Positions 1 through 10,900 of a stretch of 64,000 nt of DNA are shown here, one piece after another (positions within the stretch are counted from its first letter, which is position 1; every line of letters starts with the position of its first letter). The stretch spans positions 79,794,001 to 79,858,000 of the forward strand of contig OX597831.1 in the NCBI GenBank assembly GCA_951406725.2, read 5' to 3'. The notes below the pieces were generated by a model. It saw only the letters and a program-made list of their open reading frames with translations, had not been told where the DNA came from and did no database searches. The DNA comes from Octopus vulgaris. Its lineage: Eukaryota. A program made the position numbers and the translations under genes.

Positions 1-1810
1 AACATCTAAATCATGTGACCTGGTGTCATTGAGGCGTTCCTGCTTCCAGCCTGACATCAGGCTACGCACATTTATGCACCCCACGTGACTACTACACATA
101 CTTACCTTAGTGAGAGGTTTTCTCCTTTTCACGGGCTCGTGGGCTGGTGCTTTGACATAGGTCCTCATACATGGATTTGTTAAAGTTCAGTTTTGGAGGA
201 CCTATGTCTGTTGGGAGCTATTGTTTTAAGATATGATGGTTTAGTTCATCTATTTGATAGATGACTATATCGGCGGGAAGTTTTTGATAATGTTCTCTGT
301 CGATCCTTATTTAATTTTGTGTAACAACTGTTTGTTGTTTATCTTTATTGCCACCAGTACTTGTTTGAATCCCTTTTTCTTTGGGCTGGGGGGAGGAATG
401 TTTCTGGGCTTGGGAGTGGATGTAGTGGGCAGAAGTGCAGGGTTGAGGGCCGGGAGAGGGAAGTCAGCGCTGGTGGGAGGGAGGGGAGTCTCAGCTCTGG
501 GGCGAGGGTAAGGAAATATCGTATGATATCCGGCGTTGGATGGAGAGTAATGCGAAAAAGATATTGACTTTCGGGGGCAGTAGTGGTAGTGAGGGATGGG
601 TTTTTCTTGTGTGATTGCGGCAGGGGTTTTTCTTGTTTGTGCTGGGAGTGGGTGGGGTATACCGACCCGCCATCTTTGTCCCCAGCTTGTTGAGTATTCT
701 TAGTGCTGGGGTCCTGGTGGTCGGTCTTTTGGTTTTGCTGTTCCATCTTTTCGCTACTTTCTTCATTTTGGACTTCTTCCGCCTTACGGGTGGGGCAGTT
801 CGCTCGAATGTGACCCTTTTCACCACACTCGAAACATTGTGGTTTTCTCCCCTCCACCATCACCCGCAAGGTAGTTTCTTCCTCTCGAAGGATGTTTTCC
901 ACTGTCTTCTAGTGTCTGGGGGGTCGCTTGGATGAGGACCTCTGACCCCACCAGTTTTGCTGCTGGATTCTTGTTGCTTCAATTATTTAAATTTTCTCTT
1001 CTAATCCCATTAGTAGGTTTGAACAGGGCCAAGTAACGTCGGGATTTCATCAATTGTTACTTTAGTCGTGCACCTACCCAAATACGTTGGTAGGAGCACT
1101 GTTTCATTCCTTTTTCAATGGATGGGAAATGTTTTATCGCCCCTTTTCTTCATCCTTATAATAGACCCCCCCCCCACTGCTGCGTATCTTTTCCCTCTCG
1201 TCAGGAATTCTTCATCCTGCCAAATTGGTTGCAAACAGTTTTCGATCTGTTCATTTGAAGTCTTTTCAATCTTTTATCATTGTTTTGAAGCTGATCATTT
1301 TCTTTCGAGTCTGCTCTGTTAATTCGTTTGGGAGGGTGGCATTTGCATCAAAGCCCTCCCTTGCAAACAGGTTTCTGTGTTGTAACAATACACCTGGTTC
1401 GATGTTTAGTTTATCTTTTTTTACACCTGCCGCAGCGACAAACTTGACCTTTTTATAGATTTCAGTTTCATTCACCTCTTTTCAGAGGAATTTTCTGGAG
1501 TATTTATCTTAAGTTTTTCCTTGGGTTCCCAAGGAATTTTTCCCATTCAGATATTTCTTGGGATAAGGTTTTTTTCTTTGGATGACATAGACATGTCTTC
1601 AATAATGGTTGTTCATTAGAAACACAAAAATTTTTGTGAAAACACTCAGAAATATCGCCCCCTCTCACGGAGGGGAACAACAGTTAAGTCCGTCAAACAC
1701 AGAACGTAGTTACAAACAACAGTTCAACAGCAGGAATAACAAGCAAAATTTACTATACCGAATTGATCCAAACAAGAACGAACACAACCAATATTGACGA
1801 TTAGTTGGTG
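1..1810 (-). mobile_element. Decayed Tx1/L1-like non-LTR retrotransposon, 5' part (5' UTR, broken ORF1, start of ORF2 APE at the window edge)
   Basis: ORF 345..902 has a zinc knuckle (VMVEGRKPQCFECGEKGHIRANC) like ORF1 at 36407..36940 (VMVEGRQPRCFACGKKGHIKKNC). Bases 1-100 match the APE start of the duplicate at 38730..38978 (HVGCINVHSL...WKQ). Confidence 0.75.
345..902 (-). pseudogene. Tx1-like ORF1 (gag-like) fragment with CCHC zinc knuckle
   Basis: CX2CX4HX4C motif; upstream fragment 1266..1475 is in another frame. Confidence 0.7.
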
Positions 1811-1934
1811 ACTGCGGCCCACCCGTTAAGCATCGTGGTCGATGCTATAAACTCGCCTGCTGCGCTGAAATTTCTGCCCTCGCGCCTAGAGTAGAATTAA
1901 TATTAGGTCACGTGTTGGAAAAATCGGTTGTTTA

Positions 1935-2325
1935 ACGGACAAAAGTGTTTGGCAGCATTTTTCCGGCTATTTACGTCTCCAGTTCAAATCCCGCCGAGGC
2001 CAAATTTCGGGTTTTCTTCTATTGGAGTCAAATAAGTACCACTTGAGGACTGGTGTGCATGTCAACCACTTACCCCTCCTCTAAAAATTTTTGGCCTCGT
2101 GCCGGAACTTGAAAGCATTTCTAATGCGGTGAGCTGACAGAATCGTCAGCGCATCTGACAAAATGCTTAGCGGAATTTCTTTCGGCTTTTTATGTTCTAA
2201 GTTCGAATCTCACCGAACTTAACTCTGCCCTTTCATGTTTTCGAAGATCGATAAAGTGCCAGCCAAGTATCGAGATCGATGTAATTGACCCCTTTCCCTA
2301 AAATTGCAGGCATTGTGCCAAAACT
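1935..2325 (+). mobile_element. Two adjacent degenerate octopus-type tRNA-derived SINEs
   Basis: gcggtgagctgacagaatcgtcagc...aaatgcttagcgg...gttcgaatctcaccga (A/B-box-like), similar to 45531-45740. Confidence 0.7.
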
Positions 2326-2449
2326 GACAATCACTGAGAGTAAATAAAAAGGCAAATGTTAGTGTTCTGATTTCATACGTTTTGAGTTCGAATTTCTCCG
2401 GCGTCAATGTTTCCTTTTAATTCCTATGAGTCACCTTGCTCGATACCTC

Positions 2450-4560
2450 AGACCAGTTCTTTTCTATCTGGGGATCTGGGCCAAACCACATTCTTAGCAA
2501 CTTAACTGGGCCCATCATCCAGCGTCCCACGACGTTAATCGAAGGCATCGACTTGACCCTCCAGCTGCCGAGTTGCAAGCCGACCTATTTTTCCCGGTTA
2601 ATTTTCGCTCCTGCCACCGTCTCGTAAACCTTGGTTTCGCCTACTTTCTGTAGGTGTTCCATCTTGGTCATGTCGTCAGCGTACGCTATAACCGATCCTC
2701 CACCTCCTGGATTCGTCGGAATGCCGCTCAGCTTTCGCAGCAATGGCTCGAGGGCCATTATGTACACAAGCGGAGAGAGTGGACATGCTACACGCGTTAA
2801 TCCTTTTGCTAACACCTTGGCCAAAATCTTCATCTTGGCCAAAATCTTCATCTTGGCCAAAATCTTCATCTTGGCCAAAATCTTCATCTTGGCCAAAATC
2901 TTCATCTTGGCCAAAATCTTCATCTTGGCCAAAATCTTCATCTTGGCCAAAATCTTCATCTTGGCCAAAATCTTCATCTTGGCCAAAATCTTCATCTTGG
3001 CCAAAATCTTCATCTTGGCCAAAATCTTCATCTTGGCCAAAATCTTCATCTTGGCCAAAATCTTCATCTTGGCCAAAATCTTCGTCACCATTCCCCGGCG
3101 CACAGATCTGGGAATCCACCCATTCTGTTGTCAGTTCGCGTAAACGCTAGCCAGTACGTGTCCGAATAAGTCTGGTATACTTTTATATAGCTCGTACGGT
3201 TGACCATCGAGTCCCGGCGCCTTGCCACTGCCGCAGTCCACTATAGCCTCAGTCACCTCCTCATGTGTGATCGACCCTTCACAGCTTTCCGCATCCTGCT
3301 CCGAGAGACACGGCAACCCGGTGAGCAAATCTGTAAGGTCCATCCTCCTATCCGGCCCATCGCTCCCCGCCGAAAAGCTGGGCGAAGTGCTCCTGAAAAG
3401 TCAGACATATCTCTTCGGGTTTGTTTATCAACTCACCTTGAGAATTCACCACAGATCGAATTATGGAATCATTTCCACGTTGAGCTTCTACAACCCGTGC
3501 CCATCCAGCGGCCTTGATTCCCTCGCTCCCCATTGCACGAAGTCTATCTCTGACGATACAACCCATGTTTGGCTTCGAGGCACTGGTTTCACTCCAGTCT
3601 CTTCACCTTCACCTGGGATGCGTCGCCAGTTCTCATGGCTTCCTCTTAGGCCTTAACTAGTTCAATTTCCTTCCTACGCCTTCTAGCCACTAAACCTGCC
3701 CTATATTTAATACTCAAATTTAATGGCTCTCTTGAGGGCTACCACCATTTAATAATGGAACAAGTCAACTCCCACCGTATTAATAACTTAATCCGGCTCC
3801 TGTACTCCTCAATCGCCAAAAGGGACTTATTGAGTTTCCAGTAGCCGGAACCCTTACTCATAACTTATCTAGGTACAGTTTACAAATGACCATCTTGTGA
3901 TCACTGTAACAGACCAGGTTATACTGTGGACACGTAACTATATCTTTATCTATTTTTCTAATTAAAAATCCTATCTATATATGACCTTGAAGACCCGTCG
4001 CTATTTGACTGTGTCCACAACGGAGCGTTCGGGAATTCTAGTCTGTAGGGATCTACTAGCTGAAATGATATATTAGATCCCGGAAGCCAATATTAGGTCT
4101 CCTATCAGAATTAGCGTCAACACTATCCACGTGTGCATCGAGAATAGTGTTAGCCTCCTAACACAACTAATGAACGTGATGTGTCTAGAAACGTCTCCAA
4201 CACTCGATAATAATCAGACTCGAAATGGGTGCATAAACAGCCACCAACCTGATTTCCTTACCACAATTAAACGTCAGATCTAAAACGATCAGCCTACATT
4301 CTGGATCAGAAAAAATTTAACTTTTTCTCTGAAACCTGGTTTCTTTTAAGTAGGACCCCCCCCCCCCCCATGTCCGGCCTGGAGAAATGAACTTTCAGGA
4401 GCGGAAGCAGATCTCTTGGCCCTTTTAACCGAGTTTCAGTAGCAACAATGACATCTAAACCTTGTGCCCTGTCGTCATTTAGGAAGCGTCCGTGTTTCCA
4501 GCTTGACGCCTGGCCACGTACATTTAAGCATCCTACATGAACAAGCATAACAGGACTTAC
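2450..4560 (-). mobile_element. Decayed Tx1/L1-like ORF2 (APE endonuclease + RT) with internal deletions
   Basis: VHVGCLNVRG...DVIVATETR (APE), GSGYWKLN, GKAPGLDG, CPLSP, AYADD; colinear with the better copy at 34268-36104. Confidence 0.9.
2816..3083. repeat. 18-bp minisatellite (cttggccaaaatcttcat) x ~15
   Basis: Perfect tandem units encoding KILAKM in the RT frame. Confidence 0.98.
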
Positions 4561-4579
4561 CGTTTAATCGGTGTCTGGA

Positions 4580-4727
4580 CCGAGAACTCTTGAAAGTAAA
4601 ATCGCCACTTCGTGCCTCGTCGATAACACACGGACACACACACTCGTGGTCTTCGTCGTACACAGCTCTGCTTTCGCTAGACAGTAGATAGGGACAGTGG
4701 GAATCTCCTCGCCTTCGATCCGTTCAC
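4580..4727 (-). repeat. Diverged 28S-derived / rDNA-spacer-like sequence (region just downstream of the R2 target site)
   Basis: ctttcgctagacagtagatagggacagtgggaatctc...gatccgttca resembles 20716-20764 and shares diagnostic variants with 18764-18900. Confidence 0.8.
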
Positions 4728-4730
4728 CTT

Positions 4731-6361
4731 CTTAGCGAAACTCTGCAGAGTTCATTCCCTGTTTTTATTGTGGGTGGTCCCACATTCTCACAGCCAATTC
4801 CCTATCTTGCGATAACCCAAAACGAATTAAAAAGTAAATTTTCTACTAGGAATTTAACCCATAGTAGAGAGGATCTAAAATTATCTGCAAGGCGGGTACT
4901 TTTTCCATAGGCAGAAAAAGCAGAAGTCAAATCCCGGATTATTTATTTTGTTTTCAGTTCCTATCGAGGCACGGCCCCCAAACCCTGCCACCTCCCCAAA
5001 AAAAAAACTTGAGGGGCATCCTGCACACCAGCCTCTCAGTCCTCGAACAAAAAAAAAATTTGAGGACATCATTGAGGGGGTTTTATGTGCAGGATCCGAT
5101 AGGAACACTCAGGGTCAAATTTGGTGTATGAGCCACTGGTAATGCCTGCAGTGTAAATGGCTCTCTACTACTGCAGGGAACGTTGATATTGGCCCAACGT
5201 GATTGGGCAACACGCTCGGCCTGGCTTGGAGGCCCCGCTCTTAACCTGCATGCCACCAGCTTATACGGCCCCTGGCAACCGTATGTTTTATACCTTATAT
5301 TTTAGGATTTAAACTTCGCGGCATTTTCCAAGAGTACGTGGAAGATAATCAAGAATACAGGAGTAAGGAATCAGGCCCTGTAGACCGTAAGCCAACATCC
5401 TTCCTGGCCAACCGAAATCCGCACACCATGCCAAACACCCGGCAACAGCCCGTGAAGGGCTCCATACTGACAGTTTACCTGTCAGCGGATTAGCTCCAAG
5501 TAGTGAGACAGAAAGTGAGCCCGCTCAGGCGATAAATTTTCCGAGCCACAACAATCTGGCTTCTGGAGACAGCAATCCAGAGCCACCCAGGGACAGTAGC
5601 CTTCACGAGGCGCTAACTTGTAGGCGAGATAAGAGGCAGGATGCAAGCACCTCATCCCCACCTCACCCCGTCAGCAGCCCAAACCGGACAGCGAACCCAG
5701 CCGTTCCGACCATAACCGTCCGAGGGCGCCGTCCCGTGAAATTCTCCTGAGAAATGGGGGGCCTTCACACAATACCGAAGCCAAGTAATGGCCGATCCGG
5801 ATGAACAGAAGGCCGACAAGCGCAGCCACGACCAACCAACAGGGCATCATCCCACTCTGTAAACGAAAATCCTCCACACTGCTTGGTCCCCACCAAATGA
5901 TTGACACCGCTATGGGGAAAGGACACTTTTAGTTTGTCCGCGGAAGGGTTGGTACCAGCAAGAGCCAATAATGGCTTGCATCCCACCCGCAGACGTAAGC
6001 TCTTAAACCACGACAAGGTAGTGTCCCAGTGGGTGAAGCCTGGCAGTGCATCCATCTCCCGGGTAAAACCCGGCAGATCATAACATACCAGACAAACTTG
6101 ATGGTGCATCCACCCTCTCGCCTCGCTGCCAATGTTCCGATCGGACACCGCAGGTGTGTATCCCCCTCTACACACCCACAACGGTGTTCCTATAGGACAC
6201 CGTAGGTGCCATCAGCCGATTGGATCTTTTCTGCCCCCAACGAAACTCGGTGGGGTGGGGACAAATTGCATCCAATCGTACCCAAGCGAGTTCACCCCAA
6301 GTGAATGAGCAGTAGGAACAACCCTTTGCAAGGTTCGTGGGTCATAACCATCAAGCCCCAC
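4731..6361 (-). mobile_element. Non-autonomous internally deleted R2 derivative (SIDE-like), copy A
   Basis: R2-type 3' end (gtgggtggtcccac hairpin, A-tracts) joined near 5115 to sequence homologous to the start of the R2 ORF, then a 5' UTR and ribozyme ending in ccccac; no RT. Confidence 0.85.
5921..6361 (-). ncRNA. Predicted HDV-like ribozyme of SIDE A (P1 5' strand absent)
   Basis: RNA sense: P2 GGACACT/AGTGTCC, P3 ACC/GGT, L3 TTGTCGT, P4 GTCTGCGG/CCGCGGAC, J4/2 AAACTAAA. Confidence 0.7.
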
Positions 6362-7953
6362 TGTAGCGAGACTCAATAGTCCATTCCCTTTTTTTATTGT
6401 GGGCGGTCCCACACTCTCTCAGCCAATTCCCTAACTTGCGTTAACCCAAAAAACGAATCTAAAAGAGCAAAAAAAAAAAAAATTCTACCTTAGAGGGGAT
6501 TTAAAATTAACAGCAAGGCGGGTGCTTTTCGAAAAAAGCAGAAGTCTAATCCGGGTTTTAATTTATTTATAATTTTCGGTTCCTATCGAGGCGCGGCCCC
6601 CAAACCTTGCCACCTCCTCAAAAAAAAAAAAAAAATTTTGAGGGGCATCCTGCACACCAGCCTCTCGGTCCTCTAAAAAAAAAAAAAAATTGAGGACTTC
6701 ATCGAGGTGGATTTATGTGCAGGATCCGATAGGAACACTCAGGGTCAAATCCGATATTTGAGCCATTGGTATTACCTGCAGTGTAAATGGCTCTATACAA
6801 CTGCCGGGAACGTTGATATCGGCCCAACGTGGTTGGGCAACACGCTCGGCCTGGCTTGGAGGCCCCGCTCTTAACCCACAAGCCACCATCTTATACGGCC
6901 CCTGGCAACCGTGTGTTTTATACCTTATAGTTTAAAGGATTTAGACTTGGCGGCATTTTCCAAGAGTACGTGGAGGAAAATCAAGAATACAAGAGTAAGG
7001 AATCAAGCCCTGTAGAACGTATGCCAACATCCTTCCTAGCCAACCGAAATCCGCACACCATGCCAAACACCCGGCAACAGCCCGTGAAGGGCTCCATACT
7101 GACAGTTTACCTGTCAGCGGATTAGCTCCATGTAGTGAGACAGAAAGTGAGTCCGCTCACGCGATAAATTTTGCGAGCCACAACAATCTGTTCTGGAGAC
7201 AGCAATCCAGAGCTACCCAGGGACAGTAGCCTTCACGAGGCGCTAACTTGTAGGCGAGATAAGGGGCAGGATGCAAGCACCCCATCCCCACCTCACCCCG
7301 TCAGCAGCCCAAACCGGACAGCGAAACCAGCCGTTCTGACCTTAACCGTCCGAGGGCGCCGCCCCGTGAAATTCTTTATAGAAATGGGGGGGCCTTCACA
7401 CAAAACCGAAGCCAGGTAGTGGCCGATCCGGATGAACAGGAGGCCGACAAGCGTAGCCACGACCAACCAACAGGGCATCATCCCACTCTGTAAACGAAAA
7501 TTCTCCACACTGCTTGGTCCCCACCAAATAATTGGCACCGCTATGGGGAAAGGACACTTTTAGTTTGTCCGCGGAAGGGTTGGTACCAGCAATAGCCAAT
7601 AATGGCTTGCATCCCACCCGCAGACGTAAGCTCTTAAACCACGACAAGGTAGTGTCCCCGTGGGTGAAGCCTGGCAGTGCATCCATCTTGATGGTGCATC
7701 CACCCTCTCGCCTCGCTGCCAATGTTCCAATCGGACACTGCAGGTGTGTATCCCCCTATACACCACCCACACCGGTGTTCCTATCGGACACCGCAGGTGC
7801 CCCTCCGACTGAACCTTTCTGCCTCCAACGAAACTCGGTGGGGTGGGGACAAATCGTATCAAATCGGGTTTTAGCAAGTTCACCCCAAGTAGATGAGCAG
7901 TAGGAACAACCACCCATTGCAAGGTTCGTGGGTCATAACCATCAAGCCATCAA
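6362..7953 (-). mobile_element. Non-autonomous internally deleted R2 derivative (SIDE-like), copy B
   Basis: Tandem paralogue of 4731-6361 with the same internal breakpoint (~6744); small deletion near 7686; ccatcaag duplicated at its 5' junction. Confidence 0.85.
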
Positions 7954-7957
7954 GCTA

Positions 7958-10900
7958 TCTAAATTCTCTACTCGAGGCTTCCCTGTTTTATAGTGGGTGG
8001 TCCCACTATCTTACAGCCGGTACCCTTTTCCCCCATTTTAAAAGAAGAATAGTGACGAAAAAAAAGGATTAGTAAAAACAAAACCAAATTCAATATTCTC
8101 CTCGCAAGGCAGGGCTTAGTCATGTCCGGTGTTATTTTTGTAAAGTATTTTCTAAGTTGGACTCAACCCCACCGAAGCTAGGCTTTACCCGCCTAGCTAC
8201 CCCTCGCAGTAAAATAAAGTAAGCTCAAAAAAAAAAAAAAAAAAAAACACTGCAGGGTCACCAACAAACCTGCCTCTCAGTCAAAAAAAAAACAAAAAAT
8301 TTGGACTTCACTGAGGGGGTGTTATGTTGGGGTCGGTGAGGAAATAGGCTTATATGTGAGGGCTAATCCCTCAACATATTGTAAGTGCAGATTAAAGAAG
8401 TCCGGCTGAGAAGTCGTTGAAATGACTCCTCTTTTATGCCCAAGGCATCTCGTGCAAGACTCGCTGGCCTGCACCAGGCCCCACAGGCACCGATTGGGAG
8501 TCCATGCACCTCCACCGGCCAGTCAAACTCCTGCAACAGCAATTGTTCAAGTGGACGGTATTTGCGCATTTTCTCGAGGGCAGCCCCTTTCAAGGCGTCC
8601 CCCTGCTCCAATCTGATAGTCACATCAACGACAACCACCTTTACCGGACGACTAAAGACCAGGTCAGGTATCAGCCTAGAGCCGTTTATAATATAAGACG
8701 GCTCTACACTGACGCTCCAACCATGGTCTACAGCTTCCTTAGTCACCAGGTCACAAATTTTGTTGTGCCTGGCAAGTCGTGGCCCTTTAAGAGCACCACA
8801 GACTCCACTGACGTGAGATATTGTCTCTGCACCTAATCTACATCTCGGACACGTTGAGTCACCACGGAGTCCACGTGTCAGAGTTTCACGGGTAGGGTAA
8901 ACGTTAGAGCGCATCTTGAGTAAACTCAAGAAGCATCTCTCCGTTAACCTACCCGGCTTACTTATCCAACTATTGCCTATAGCATCCCCACGATAGGCCG
9001 CCGCACACATTCCCTGCACCGGCTGGGCCGCCCATCGATGGGAGTGCGCCAGCCGGATGTCAGGGTCGTAATTGGCCGCGTCCGCAGGAAGTAACGGCAG
9101 GTCGAAGGAAACTATAAGTTGTTGGTTCTGTTCGGCTAATCCTGCAGAATCCGCAACCTTTCTAACAGACACATAATCAGACGTTAATAGGCGAAGGTTA
9201 CGGCGAATAACTGATTTCGGTATTAGCTTCACCAATTGGTGAAGACTTAATCCTCCATCTCGCCGGCTGCTATATAGGAAGGTAGAGTAGGGGAGATGTA
9301 GCATCCTCTTGGCCCCCACACGGATGGCCGTGTCAAGCATCTCTGACGTCCCTCTCGACGGCAGAGCCTGCACCAGACCATAGAACAGTCTGGGCAGGTA
9401 ATAGCTCTGCAGCAAGAGGAACTTTTGTCGGGGTTTCAGCGGAGCCCTGCACATTTTATCAATGTCCAGTGACACCTGCTCCACTGAATTTAAGTTTGAC
9501 TCCCGACTAGAGATAGAAGTCCACGTAGGGATATTAACACCAAGATATGATACCTTATCTCCCGGCTCTACCTTTTTAATAGCGATCCCATTGATCATCG
9601 GCGGGGTGCCATCATTGACAAGGTAGGACTTGCCCCAGCCGCGAATGGAGAACCACGCACACTTACCCACATTAAGCCCCAGTCCAACCGCGCTATAGAA
9701 CTCCTGGCATCTATCCATAAGAGCCTGGAGCCCCTCGCGCGATTTCGCAACTAGGGCCATGTCGTCCGCGTACGCGATTCCATCCACTCGGATCCCCTCA
9801 ACAAGCAAGTCCCCACGGCAGGATAACACATCTAGCAGTGGGTCCGTTGCAATGTTAAAGAGGATCGGCGAGAGCGCGTCCCCCTGTCTAACACCTCGAC
9901 GAATCATAATAGGTTCGCTTAACTGCCCATCGACTGAGAATCTGGTAGTACTACCTTCGTAGATCCCCTCCACGAGCGCTAAAACGTGTTCGTGGAATCC
10001 AAGCCTCCGCAGTCCCGCATACACAAGCGAGTGCGAGACACTGTCGAAAGCCTTGGAGAGATCTAAGAAGGCAACCTCGAGCCGCGGTATTCTCAGTCGT
10101 GCTGGCCTCCCCATCGCGCGAGTGACGAGTTGTCGTAGGAGAAAAGAGTTCTCACTACATCCGTCCGCGCAAATAAAGCCACGTTGACTTTGATTTAGGG
10201 AGTTACCTGAAGCATGCGTTTGGCGACCATCTTTGAAAATAAACGATATACCGCAGAACATATCGTGATTGGCCGCCAATTCGCAAGATCGTATGGGTCG
10301 TCTGATTTCTTCGGTATCAAAATCGACTTCCCTCGCTTCAGGATCTCGGGTACTTTACCCGCCAGCAACATGCAGTTGCATATATTGGTTAAAACAGCTG
10401 GGTCCATTGCTTTGATTTCACCTATTGTGATACCATCTGGACCCGCCGCTGAGGAGATCTTCATTTGCTTCCTACTTACCTTAATCTCCTCCACGGAGAA
10501 CGGACTCAAGATAGTCGTTCTCAACCTGGGAGGAGGAAGGGTATTTCTTCAGATCTACCTCAGGGCCTGGAGCGGAAAGCCTGTTCTTATAAAATTCCTC
10601 TATAGCATAGATTGGAATAGGGCATTCCCGCTTCCTGTTTTCACCTAACACAACTGCAAGGAGCTTCTTCCTATTTTTCCTAAATAAATCCTGATGTCGG
10701 GCATAAGCTTGACGCTTATCCCGACGCCTAGAGCTAGATTTGTATAGATTGGAGGTATGTCTATCACTATCTAAATTTCTCCTGTTGTTGGTAACTTCCC
10801 TACGCGATTTATAGTGCTCCACCCAGTCCTCTATAGCATTCTCAAATGAGCCCCAAGCAATCGCTGTCCCGTCTTCCACGAGTTCCAACAGGGCCTCGGA

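Larger units (their letters stand above)
1..2095. repeat. Segmental duplicate of 38811-40341
   Basis: Near-identical from aacatctaaatcatgtgacc to ctctaaaaatttttggc at both loci. Confidence 0.95.

Noticed and set aside
2816-3083. CRISPR-like array or repeat protein (KILAKM, DEDFGQ or PKSSSW ORFs)
   Set aside because: No spacers; the unit is copied from the Tx1 RT sequence, and ORFs in several frames arise because the 18-mer lacks stops
10481-10524. Programmed frameshift giving a two-ORF R2 (ZF/Myb ORF1 and RT ORF2)
   Set aside because: Copies 3 and 6 read through in one frame (ENDSILSPF); copies 1, 2 and 4 share a 2-bp deletion
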